A DNA stretch of 58,909 nucleotides, from assembly GCA_046861385.1 (NCBI GenBank), contig JBHHTW010000012.1, positions 1 to 58,909 of the forward strand, read 5' to 3'. This DNA comes from Fidelibacterota bacterium. GTDB taxonomy: Bacteria > Fidelibacterota > Marinisomatia > Marinisomatales > TCS55. Position numbers and translations under genes: made by a program. This document shows, one piece after another, positions 49,240-56,504 of the stretch. Every line of letters starts with the position of its first letter. Positions within the stretch are counted from its first letter, which is position 1. The notes under the pieces are model-generated. The model ran no database searches, had not been told where the DNA came from, and was given only the letters and a program-made list of their open reading frames with translations.

Positions 49240-49682
49240 AGTGATTCTGTTTGGGTTAGCTCCTCTTTTCCCAGGAGAGCATTGTTCATGGTATGCCAAC
49301 TCAATATGGCACATTTTACCCGGGATGGAAATTTATGAACTCCCGCAAGGACTTCCAATTTTCCCATTCCCTCACTGATTTCTCCTGTTGTAATCATTTT
49401 GTGAAATTGCTCAAACAGATGTTCGGCTTCCGCAATGGTCTCTCCTTTGATCAAAGTGGTCATGATTGAAGCAGAGGCTTTGGAGATGGCACAACCGGAT
49501 CCTTTAAAACTGACATCTTTTATTTGATCATTTTCCACGGTTAAATACAGGGTGATTTCATCACCACAAAGTGGATTATGACCCTTTGCTACCGAAGTGG
49601 GATGATCCAATTTCCTGAAATTTTGAGGATGTTGATTATGGTCTAAAATTAATTGTTGGTATAATTCCCTTAAATCATCCAT
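49236..49682 (-). CDS. sufU: SUF system NifU-family protein
   Basis: LYQQLILDH, NPLCGD, GCAISKAS, RVKCA. Confidence 0.92.
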   Translation of the reverse strand: MDDLRELYQQLILDHNQHPQNFRKLDHPTSVAKGHNPLCGDEITLYLTVENDQIKDVSFKGSGCAISKASASIMTTLIKGETIAEAEHLFEQFHKMITTGEISEGMGKLEVLAGVHKFPSRVKCAILSWHTMNNALLGKEELTQTESL

Positions 49683-50928
49683 GGTCTAATTCCTCAAGCC
49701 AAGTGGAGAGTCTTTGTTGAAAAATATTCAATATTGCTTTGTCCTTAATGTGGGAAAAAACTTCACCGGCAAATCCTTCCACCATAAGCATTTGTGATGT
49801 GTGGATATCAATCCCCCTGGAACGCATATAATACAGAGCATCTTCATTTAACTGTCCGGTACTGGATCCGTGGGAACATCGAACATCATCTGCATAAATT
49901 TCCAGTTGTGGATTGGAGTGCATTGATGAAGAAGGACTGAGTAATAAATTTCGATTGGATTGGCTCGAATCAGTTTTTTGACCATTTTTTTCCACCACAA
50001 CCTTCCCATTGAAAACACCCGTCGCTTTATGATCGAGAATATATTTAAAAAATTGGTTACTTTGACAGTGAGGCTGGCTGTGATTCACCATAACCCGCGT
50101 ATCCATATGCTGATTTGATGTTAACAATGAAAGTCCGTTTAATTGAACAGAAGCGTTCTGACCATCATATTGAACATATAAATCTCCCCGATATAATTCT
50201 GTATCTTTGTTGAATTGAACCATATTCAACACAGCATTATCCTTCAAATGATAATCAATTGTATCTGTATGATATCCGGTATCTTCCTGGAGCCGATAGT
50301 GATTTAATGTACTATTTTCTCCTACATCAGAAAGGGTGACACAGTTATTCCAATAAAGGTGAGAATGTATTCCGCTATATTGTTCAATAATAGTCACGGA
50401 TGAATTTTTTCCCAACTGGATCCCCAGACGAAAATGATTCATGACAGGAGACGCTACTCCTGAAGTCATAAAAAAAGTGTGAATTGGTTTATCTAAATGA
50501 AAATGATCTGGAATTTGAATAGATAAACCAGAAGTAATCAGACCGGTATTCAGCAAAAAAAACGGATTATTTTGATCATTAATTTGAATATCCTCTAAAA
50601 GATCCATGAATGGTTCAATCAAAATTCCTGCCGGGATTTTTGATCTCTTCGGCTGGTATTGTCCATTCAATATAACAATGGAATAAACATTTTCCAGTAA
50701 TTCCGATACAGAAGAGTCCTCTGGATTTAATTCTTTTTGTTGCCCCAGTTGGAAATGGATTTTCTGAAATGGAGAAAAATCTGTAAACTGCCAGTCTTCC
50801 CATTTTTTCGTCGGGAAACCTATGTGTGTAAAATGGTTGAATGCCTGTGCCCGCCTGGATAAAAGACCTGGGAACCTGTGGGAATCCTTCTTCTGGAGAG
50901 TGTCAAATTCTGAGCGAAAAAATTTCAT
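49675..50928 (-). CDS. sufD: Fe-S cluster assembly protein SufD
   Basis: PTKKWEDWQFT, PQLEIYADDVRCSHG, YMRSRGI. Confidence 0.92.
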   Translation of the reverse strand: MKFFRSEFDTLQKKDSHRFPGLLSRRAQAFNHFTHIGFPTKKWEDWQFTDFSPFQKIHFQLGQQKELNPEDSSVSELLENVYSIVILNGQYQPKRSKIPAGILIEPFMDLLEDIQINDQNNPFFLLNTGLITSGLSIQIPDHFHLDKPIHTFFMTSGVASPVMNHFRLGIQLGKNSSVTIIEQYSGIHSHLYWNNCVTLSDVGENSTLNHYRLQEDTGYHTDTIDYHLKDNAVLNMVQFNKDTELYRGDLYVQYDGQNASVQLNGLSLLTSNQHMDTRVMVNHSQPHCQSNQFFKYILDHKATGVFNGKVVVEKNGQKTDSSQSNRNLLLSPSSSMHSNPQLEIYADDVRCSHGSSTGQLNEDALYYMRSRGIDIHTSQMLMVEGFAGEVFSHIKDKAILNIFQQRLSTWLEELDHG

Positions 50929-51665
50929 TAGTTTTCCAACCAGGAATAACCTTTTTCTTCCAATTCGTGAGCCAGTTCCATGGTTCCAGTTTTAACAATT
51001 TGACCATCGATCATGGCGTGAACAACATCCGGTTTCATATAGTCCAATAGACGCTGATAATGGGTAATTGCAAGAATAGCTCGATCACTGCTTCGATATT
51101 GGTTGACTCCGTTTGCGATAATTTTAAGAGCATCAATATCAAGCCCGGAATCTGTTTCATCCAAGATGGCAAATGCTGGCTCCAAGGTAATCAACTGGAG
51201 GATTTCATTGCGTTTTTTTTCACCACCGGAAAAACCATCATTTACTGCACGACTCAAATAGCTTTCATCCATTTCAACCAATTTTATTTTTTCCTTAATA
51301 AGCGATAGAAAATCCATAGCGTCCAATTCATTTTCTCCCCTTGCTTTTCTTCGGGCGTTCAGGGCTGCTTTCAAAAAGTAGGTATTATTAACTCCCGGGA
51401 TAACGACCGGATATTGGAAGGACATAAAAATTCCTGCAAGCGCTCGTTCCTCCGGCGTTTTATCCAGTATGCTTTCGCCGTTGAATAATATTTCACCTGT
51501 GATTTCATAACCTTCTTTTCCGGAAATAACATGAGCCAGTGTGCTTTTCCCGGATCCATTCCGTCCCATAATGGCGTGAAGCTCACCTGCGTTGATAGTC
51601 AGAGTTATTCCTTTGATGATTTCTTTATTTTCTATACTAACGTGTAAATTTTTGATTTTTAGCAT
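50928..51665 (-). CDS. sufC: Fe-S cluster assembly ATPase SufC
   Basis: [35 protein letters not shown]. Confidence 0.95.
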   Translation of the reverse strand: MLKIKNLHVSIENKEIIKGITLTINAGELHAIMGRNGSGKSTLAHVISGKEGYEITGEILFNGESILDKTPEERALAGIFMSFQYPVVIPGVNNTYFLKAALNARRKARGENELDAMDFLSLIKEKIKLVEMDESYLSRAVNDGFSGGEKKRNEILQLITLEPAFAILDETDSGLDIDALKIIANGVNQYRSSDRAILAITHYQRLLDYMKPDVVHAMIDGQIVKTGTMELAHELEEKGYSWLEN

Positions 51666-51682
51666 GATTGTTATTATGTAAT

Positions 51683-52243
51683 TATGTAAAACGTAATTAT
51701 GTAATAGCGCAACATATGTGTTTAATCCTCGTTGTTTAATATTGGAGCATCATGTATTCCAGTTATATAATCTTCTGTCTTTTCATTTACAGAATAATTG
51801 CGTTGATCTGGAACCATCGTGAGCAAAAGCTTAATTATTTCTGTAAGAACTAAAAATCGGTGTTCAATTATTTCATTTTCAAGAATATGACGTCCTTTGT
51901 AATACCAATCTCTTGCTTCTCTTGAAGAACCAAGCGCATATTCATAGTATCGGGCACGGTTTTTCCCTGTCCCCATGGAATACCCTTCTGCTATGTTTGA
52001 ACTTATTGAGCCAATTGCTCGATATAATTGATTTGAAATACTTTTTGTTCTCCCGTCTTTAAATAAAGTAGAAATATCATTCCAGCCAATGTCGCCAAGA
52101 AATAAACTCAATCGATAAACTTTCATTTTCCATAATGAGTCTTCTTTAATCGCATTTGGAACACTTTTATCCCAATCTTCATATTTAATAAAACTCAAAA
52201 CATTACCCTGCTAATTACGTTTTAAATAATTACGTTTTACATA
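51683..52243. repeat. 18-bp perfect inverted repeat bracketing a four-helix-bundle gene
   Basis: tatgtaaaacgtaattat at 51683-51700 and ataattacgttttacata at 52226-52243. Confidence 0.85.
51722..52198 (-). CDS. Four helix bundle protein (23S rRNA IVS protein-like) between sufB and sufC
   Basis: [27 protein letters not shown] start. Confidence 0.85.
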   Translation of the reverse strand: MSFIKYEDWDKSVPNAIKEDSLWKMKVYRLSLFLGDIGWNDISTLFKDGRTKSISNQLYRAIGSISSNIAEGYSMGTGKNRARYYEYALGSSREARDWYYKGRHILENEIIEHRFLVLTEIIKLLLTMVPDQRNYSVNEKTEDYITGIHDAPILNNED

Positions 52244-52251
52244 TTTACCCA

Positions 52252-53688
52252 TTATCCAACAGCCCCTTCCAGACTCACTTCCATCAATTTTTGTGCTTCC
52301 ACGGCAAATTCCATGGGAAGTTCTTTAAATACCTCTTTGCAGAAACCATTAACAATGAGGGATACGGCATCTTCTGTAGAGATACCTCTTTGGTTGCAAT
52401 AATAAATCTGGTCTTCGCCGATGGATGATGTGGATGCTTCGTGTTCCATTTGGGCGCTTGGATTCCGGACGTCAATGTATGGAAATGTATGTGCGCCGCA
52501 TTTATCACCGATAAGCATAGAATCACACTGTGAATAGTTCCGGGCATGGTCGGCGTTTTTCAAAATCTTGACACCACCGCGATAGGTCTGTTGACCTTTC
52601 CCGGCAGAAATCCCTTTGGAGATAATGGTGCTTTTGGTGTTTTTCCCAATGTGAATCATTTTTGTTCCAGTGTCCGCTTGTTGAAAATTATTAGTCAGTG
52701 CAACGGAATAGAATTCACCCACAGAATTATCACCTTTTAGTATGCATGACGGATATTTCCATGTGATTGCAGACCCGGTTTCTACTTGAGTCCATGAAAT
52801 CTTGGAGTTTTCTTCCAGGCAGATTCCCCGTTTGGTTACAAAATTGTAAATACCACCTTTCCCTGTTTCCGGGTCTCCAGGATACCAGTTTTGAACTGTA
52901 GAATATTTAATAGTTGCATTTTGGTGGGCAACTAATTCCACCACAGCAGCATGAAGTTGATTTTCATCTCTCATCGGCGCTGTACAACCTTCCAGATAGC
53001 TGACATAGCTTCCTTCATCTGCAATGATAAGTGTCCTCTCAAATTGACCGGTGCTGGCGGCATTAATTCGAAAGTAGGTTGAAAGCTCCATGGGACAATG
53101 TACATCTTTGGGGATATAGACAAAGCTGCCGTCGGTAAAAACTGCCGCATTGAGAGCTGCAAAAAAATTGTCGGTATGTGGCACAACCGAACCTAAATAT
53201 TTTTTTACCAAATCAGGGTGATTTTGCACTGCTTCTGAAAAAGGGCAAAAAATGATCCCATGTTTTTCCAATTCATCTTTGAAAGTGGTCGCCACAGATA
53301 CTGAGTCGAATACAGCGTCTACCGCGACGCCCGAGAGCATTTTCTGTTCTTCCAACGGAATACCCAACTTGGTGTAAGTATCTAAAATTTCAGAATCTAC
53401 TTCATCCAGACTTTTTAGTTTCTTCTTTTTTGGAGCAGAATAATAGCTGATGGCTTGGTAATCTATGGAGGGATAATTCACTTTTGCCCATGTGGGTTCT
53501 TGCATGTCGAGCCATTGTCTGTAAGATTTTAATCGCCATTCCAGCATGAATTCCGGTTCATTTTTTATAGCTGATATTGTACGAATCACATCTTCGTTTA
53601 ACCCTGGTGGAAGGGTATCCTGCTCTATATCTGTAACAAAACCGTACTTATAATCCTGTTCGATGGCTTTTTCGATTACATCGGACAT
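52252..53688 (-). CDS. sufB: Fe-S cluster assembly protein SufB
   Basis: [40 protein letters not shown]. Confidence 0.96.
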   Translation of the reverse strand: MSDVIEKAIEQDYKYGFVTDIEQDTLPPGLNEDVIRTISAIKNEPEFMLEWRLKSYRQWLDMQEPTWAKVNYPSIDYQAISYYSAPKKKKLKSLDEVDSEILDTYTKLGIPLEEQKMLSGVAVDAVFDSVSVATTFKDELEKHGIIFCPFSEAVQNHPDLVKKYLGSVVPHTDNFFAALNAAVFTDGSFVYIPKDVHCPMELSTYFRINAASTGQFERTLIIADEGSYVSYLEGCTAPMRDENQLHAAVVELVAHQNATIKYSTVQNWYPGDPETGKGGIYNFVTKRGICLEENSKISWTQVETGSAITWKYPSCILKGDNSVGEFYSVALTNNFQQADTGTKMIHIGKNTKSTIISKGISAGKGQQTYRGGVKILKNADHARNYSQCDSMLIGDKCGAHTFPYIDVRNPSAQMEHEASTSSIGEDQIYYCNQRGISTEDAVSLIVNGFCKEVFKELPMEFAVEAQKLMEVSLEGAVG

Positions 53689-53703
53689 GGTTTTATCTTT
53701 TTA

Positions 53704-53804
53704 TCCACGAACCACACAAATTTACACGAATAGTTTTAAAGGAATAGAAGCAGTGATTCAATGATGAGTTTTTTACATTAGTGATTATTCGTGTCATTTG
53801 TGGA
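53704..53804. repeat. Imperfect 28-bp inverted repeat built from CACRAA units, no cargo gene
   Basis: tccacgaaccacacaaatttacacgaat (53704-53731) vs attagtgattattcgtgtcatttgtgga (53777-53804). Confidence 0.6.
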
Positions 53805-53822
53805 CTTATTACTTTTTTGTTA

Positions 53823-54191
53823 TTAGATAGAAAAACTGGTTCCGCAACCACAGGTTCTGTTGGCGTTGGGATTATTAAGTTTGAATCCGCCATTGAGCAT
53901 ATCATCTGAAAAATCAATTTCCAGCCCTTTTAAATATAACCAACTTTTCAAATCGCAATAAATGGTTAGCCCATTTTGTTCGATAACTTTGTCCATTTCA
54001 CCTTGTTGTTTTTCAAATGACATTATGTAATTCATTCCGGAACATCCACCGCCTTCAACCCCCATCCTTAATGCCCAACCTTCTTTATTTTCCATTTTCA
54101 TGGTGTTTTTTATCCGTTCGACCGCTTTGGAAGTAACCGAAATAGTTGAATTGGCAAATTCTTCTAACGGTTCTAGTGTTTTATTTTCCAT
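53823..54191 (-). CDS. A-type Fe-S carrier (IscA/SufA/ErpA family)
   Basis: GGGCSG, NPNA..TCGCGTSF. Confidence 0.92.
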   Translation of the reverse strand: MENKTLEPLEEFANSTISVTSKAVERIKNTMKMENKEGWALRMGVEGGGCSGMNYIMSFEKQQGEMDKVIEQNGLTIYCDLKSWLYLKGLEIDFSDDMLNGGFKLNNPNANRTCGCGTSFSI

Positions 54192-54192
54192 T

Positions 54193-54537
54193 TTATTCCC
54201 ATTCGTTGGTTGAATTTTCTACTTGAACTTTTGTCGGTGCAAATCCCAATTTTTCTTTGGCAGTATCCGTCATCATAGTCGGTTCCCAGGGTGGATCAAA
54301 TGTTACTTTTACTGTCGTTTCATCGACTCCGGTTAAACTGGATACTTTTGTTTTAATATCCTCTGCCATGTACTGGGCCATTCCACAGCCTGGGGTGGTG
54401 AGAGACATGGTTATATTTACATTACTATCATCGATTCTTATATCATAGATGAGTCCCAAATTCCAAAGATCCACTGGGATTTCTGGATCATAGCATTGTT
54501 TTAAAACTTTAATAATTTGATCTTTATCTATCACCAT
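54193..54537 (-). CDS. Short DUF59 (MIP18/SufT-like) protein
   Basis: YDPEIPVDLWNLGLIY, SLTTPGCGM, FDPPW. Confidence 0.88.
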   Translation of the reverse strand: MVIDKDQIIKVLKQCYDPEIPVDLWNLGLIYDIRIDDSNVNITMSLTTPGCGMAQYMAEDIKTKVSSLTGVDETTVKVTFDPPWEPTMMTDTAKEKLGFAPTKVQVENSTNEWE

Positions 54538-54543
54538 AAAACC

Positions 54544-54942
54544 TCATTGAGTTATTTCACCCACAGACATGTTTTCAAACATGTTTCGCATATTATCATT
54601 AATTTTTTTGATTGGGGAACGAATGTTGCATGCAGAAATCTGTGTACAGTCTGAGTCAAAATAGCAATCCATAAGCCCTAATGGGCCTTCGATTTTCTCA
54701 AAAAATTCAATCATGTTGATGTTTTCCAATTTGGTATTGATTTTATACCCGCCGTTGGGACCTTGTACAGCATTTACAATACCGCCCCGAGCCATTAACT
54801 GAAGTGTTTTAGCCAATAGTTCCAGAGGAATATCATACATTTCTGCAATTTCTTTAGTACTGGTCACTTCAAGCGGTTCTTTGCTCTGCATGTGCCGTAG
54901 AGCAATGAGAGCATATTCGACTTTACGTGTAAGTTTAAGCAT
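54544..54942 (-). CDS. Rrf2-family (IscR/SufR-like) transcriptional regulator
   Basis: LTRKVEYAL, GPNGGY, three Cys (C-X5-C-X5-C); first gene of the suf operon. Confidence 0.88.
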   Translation of the reverse strand: MLKLTRKVEYALIALRHMQSKEPLEVTSTKEIAEMYDIPLELLAKTLQLMARGGIVNAVQGPNGGYKINTKLENINMIEFFEKIEGPLGLMDCYFDSDCTQISACNIRSPIKKINDNMRNMFENMSVGEITQ

Positions 54943-54946
54943 GTGT

Positions 54947-55029
54947 TAATCCGATCAAATTAGTCGTATAAATTTAATGCTCGAATATTTACAGCACAAG
55001 ATATAATTCAGACTAATTTGGTCGGGTAT
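54947..55029. promoter_or_regulatory. Two IscR type-1-like operator sites
   Basis: taatccgatcaaattagtcgtata (54947-54970) and attcagactaatttggtcgggtat (55006-55029), resembling GACT-N5-AGTC-RRSTAT. Confidence 0.7.
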
Positions 55030-55051
55030 AAAATAGAAAGTTTTTGAAAAA

Positions 55052-55633
55052 CTAATTTTGGGGAGTATTTATCATATCGCTATAATAATCCCATAGCTCA
55101 TCCATTTCCCTGGCGTGATCGATTTTCAACTGTTTCATGAATAGGGCATTATTAATGGCAATTCCACCTAACTCGGCAATGGCAGTCATGAATTCGATTT
55201 CCTGGCTGGAGAATTCACGTATCTCATTTTTGAATAAACGTAGTACTCCGATAACGTCATCTTTAAATATAATGGGGATGGACAGCAGTGCTTTGAATCC
55301 CTCATTTTTACAAGCTTCCGGGTACTGAAGCTGGTCATCAAAACTAATATCGGGTATAATTACTGGTTCTCTGGTTGTCAATGCTCGTGGCATACTGCGG
55401 TCAGCGAAGACAGGTCCCTTGTCAATAAAATCCTGACTGACGTTAAGATGGGCAATAATTTCCAGTTTATTTTCGGTTTTATTCCACAGGCTGATAACCC
55501 CAGCGCTCAGTTCCAAAAATTCAACTGCATTTTCCAATATTAAATTGAGTACTTTCTTTAATTTGTGAGTCGAACTGATGGCTTTGCTGATGTTGACAAA
55601 CGCCCGGAAATAATCATGATTTTTCTCTAACAT
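55052..55633 (-). CDS. Stand-alone GAF-domain protein
   Basis: ISKAISST..L..VL, PVIIPD, LLSIPI, IGVLRL, GGIAINNA; AAGGAG RBS. Confidence 0.85.
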   Translation of the reverse strand: MLEKNHDYFRAFVNISKAISSTHKLKKVLNLILENAVEFLELSAGVISLWNKTENKLEIIAHLNVSQDFIDKGPVFADRSMPRALTTREPVIIPDISFDDQLQYPEACKNEGFKALLSIPIIFKDDVIGVLRLFKNEIREFSSQEIEFMTAIAELGGIAINNALFMKQLKIDHAREMDELWDYYSDMINTPQN

Positions 55634-55682
55634 ATTGTTGACTCCTTTTTTAATATATAAAGATTTATTGGTAGGTATTTAC

Positions 55683-56168
55683 AAAGGTTCAAGGTTCAGG
55701 GTTGTTTTTCTTTCTCATAACTAAGCAAGTAATTGATAAAACCGCGAATGGCACCGCGGGTTCGTCCGGTATGATCATAAACATTCTGAAACTCAGATTT
55801 TGTTATGTATTGTTGATCCTTTGCCACATACAATTCACTCTGAACTTCTGTGCAGGATCGTTTTGCATACCGAAGAAATCGAATAAACTCCGGGTTTGTC
55901 TCCGAATCGAATCCTTCCGCTATATTGTGCATAGAGGAACCCGCCGCATCCTGAATTTGTCGCTTTAATCCAAAGTCGCGGGAAAAATCAGCCTTCTTTG
56001 TCATACTATAAACCTTGCGAGTTAGCGCCCGAGCTAATTGCCATGCTTCAATATCCTCAAATCGATTTATTCTCATAACTTCTCCTCTAATATCTCACGA
56101 ATCAATGCCTCATATTTTCAGTGAACCCTGAACTCTGAACCTTGAACCCTAAACTTGTGAACGGTAAC
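55683..56168. repeat. Inverted TGAACCY heptamer arrays flanking the second four-helix-bundle gene
   Basis: ggttcaaggttcag at 55686-55699 is the reverse complement of ctgaaccttgaacc at 56135-56148; array tgaaccc-tgaactc-tgaacct-tgaaccc from 56122. Confidence 0.8.
55696..56076 (-). CDS. Four helix bundle protein (23S rRNA IVS protein-like)
   Basis: FEDIEAWQ, DFGLKRQIQDAAGSSMHNIAEGF, AKRSCTEVQS. Confidence 0.9.
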   Translation of the reverse strand: MRINRFEDIEAWQLARALTRKVYSMTKKADFSRDFGLKRQIQDAAGSSMHNIAEGFDSETNPEFIRFLRYAKRSCTEVQSELYVAKDQQYITKSEFQNVYDHTGRTRGAIRGFINYLLSYEKEKQP

Positions 56169-56170
56169 AT

Positions 56171-56323
56171 TTAGTGTACAAAAGGTTTCTTGGGCTTCTT
56201 TTTATCTCTGCGAATACTGTTGCTATTACATTTTGGACATGTCCGTTCAATAGGAACTAACTTATCGAATGGACCACGGTATTCGTTTCCGCAGCGCATA
56301 CATATATAATCAATCTCTTCCAT
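56171..56323 (-). CDS. 50-aa zinc-ribbon protein (not in the ORF track)
   Basis: Manual translation MEEIDYICMRCGNEYRGPFDKLVPIERTCPKCNSNSIRRDKKKPKKPFVH*; TAAGGAG RBS upstream. Confidence 0.75.
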   Translation of the reverse strand: MEEIDYICMRCGNEYRGPFDKLVPIERTCPKCNSNSIRRDKKKPKKPFVH

Positions 56324-56504
56324 GAGAAAAGCTCCTTATGCTATTGCTGTTATTAGGACTGTAAAATAGTAACCTTCACATCTTGACTTGCTCTTTTGCT
56401 TATTTTCCTCGTTATAAAAGTATTAAATAAACTGTGGCTATTTGCAACTTTTATGCCTTGAAAATAAACAAAATACCTTCGTCAATTTTGTAAATGTTAC
56501 TATC

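Noticed and set aside
51722-56076. Diversity-generating retroelement (Avd-like genes) or rRNA intervening sequence
   Set aside because: No reverse transcriptase, no TR/VR pair and no rRNA sequence recognised in the window
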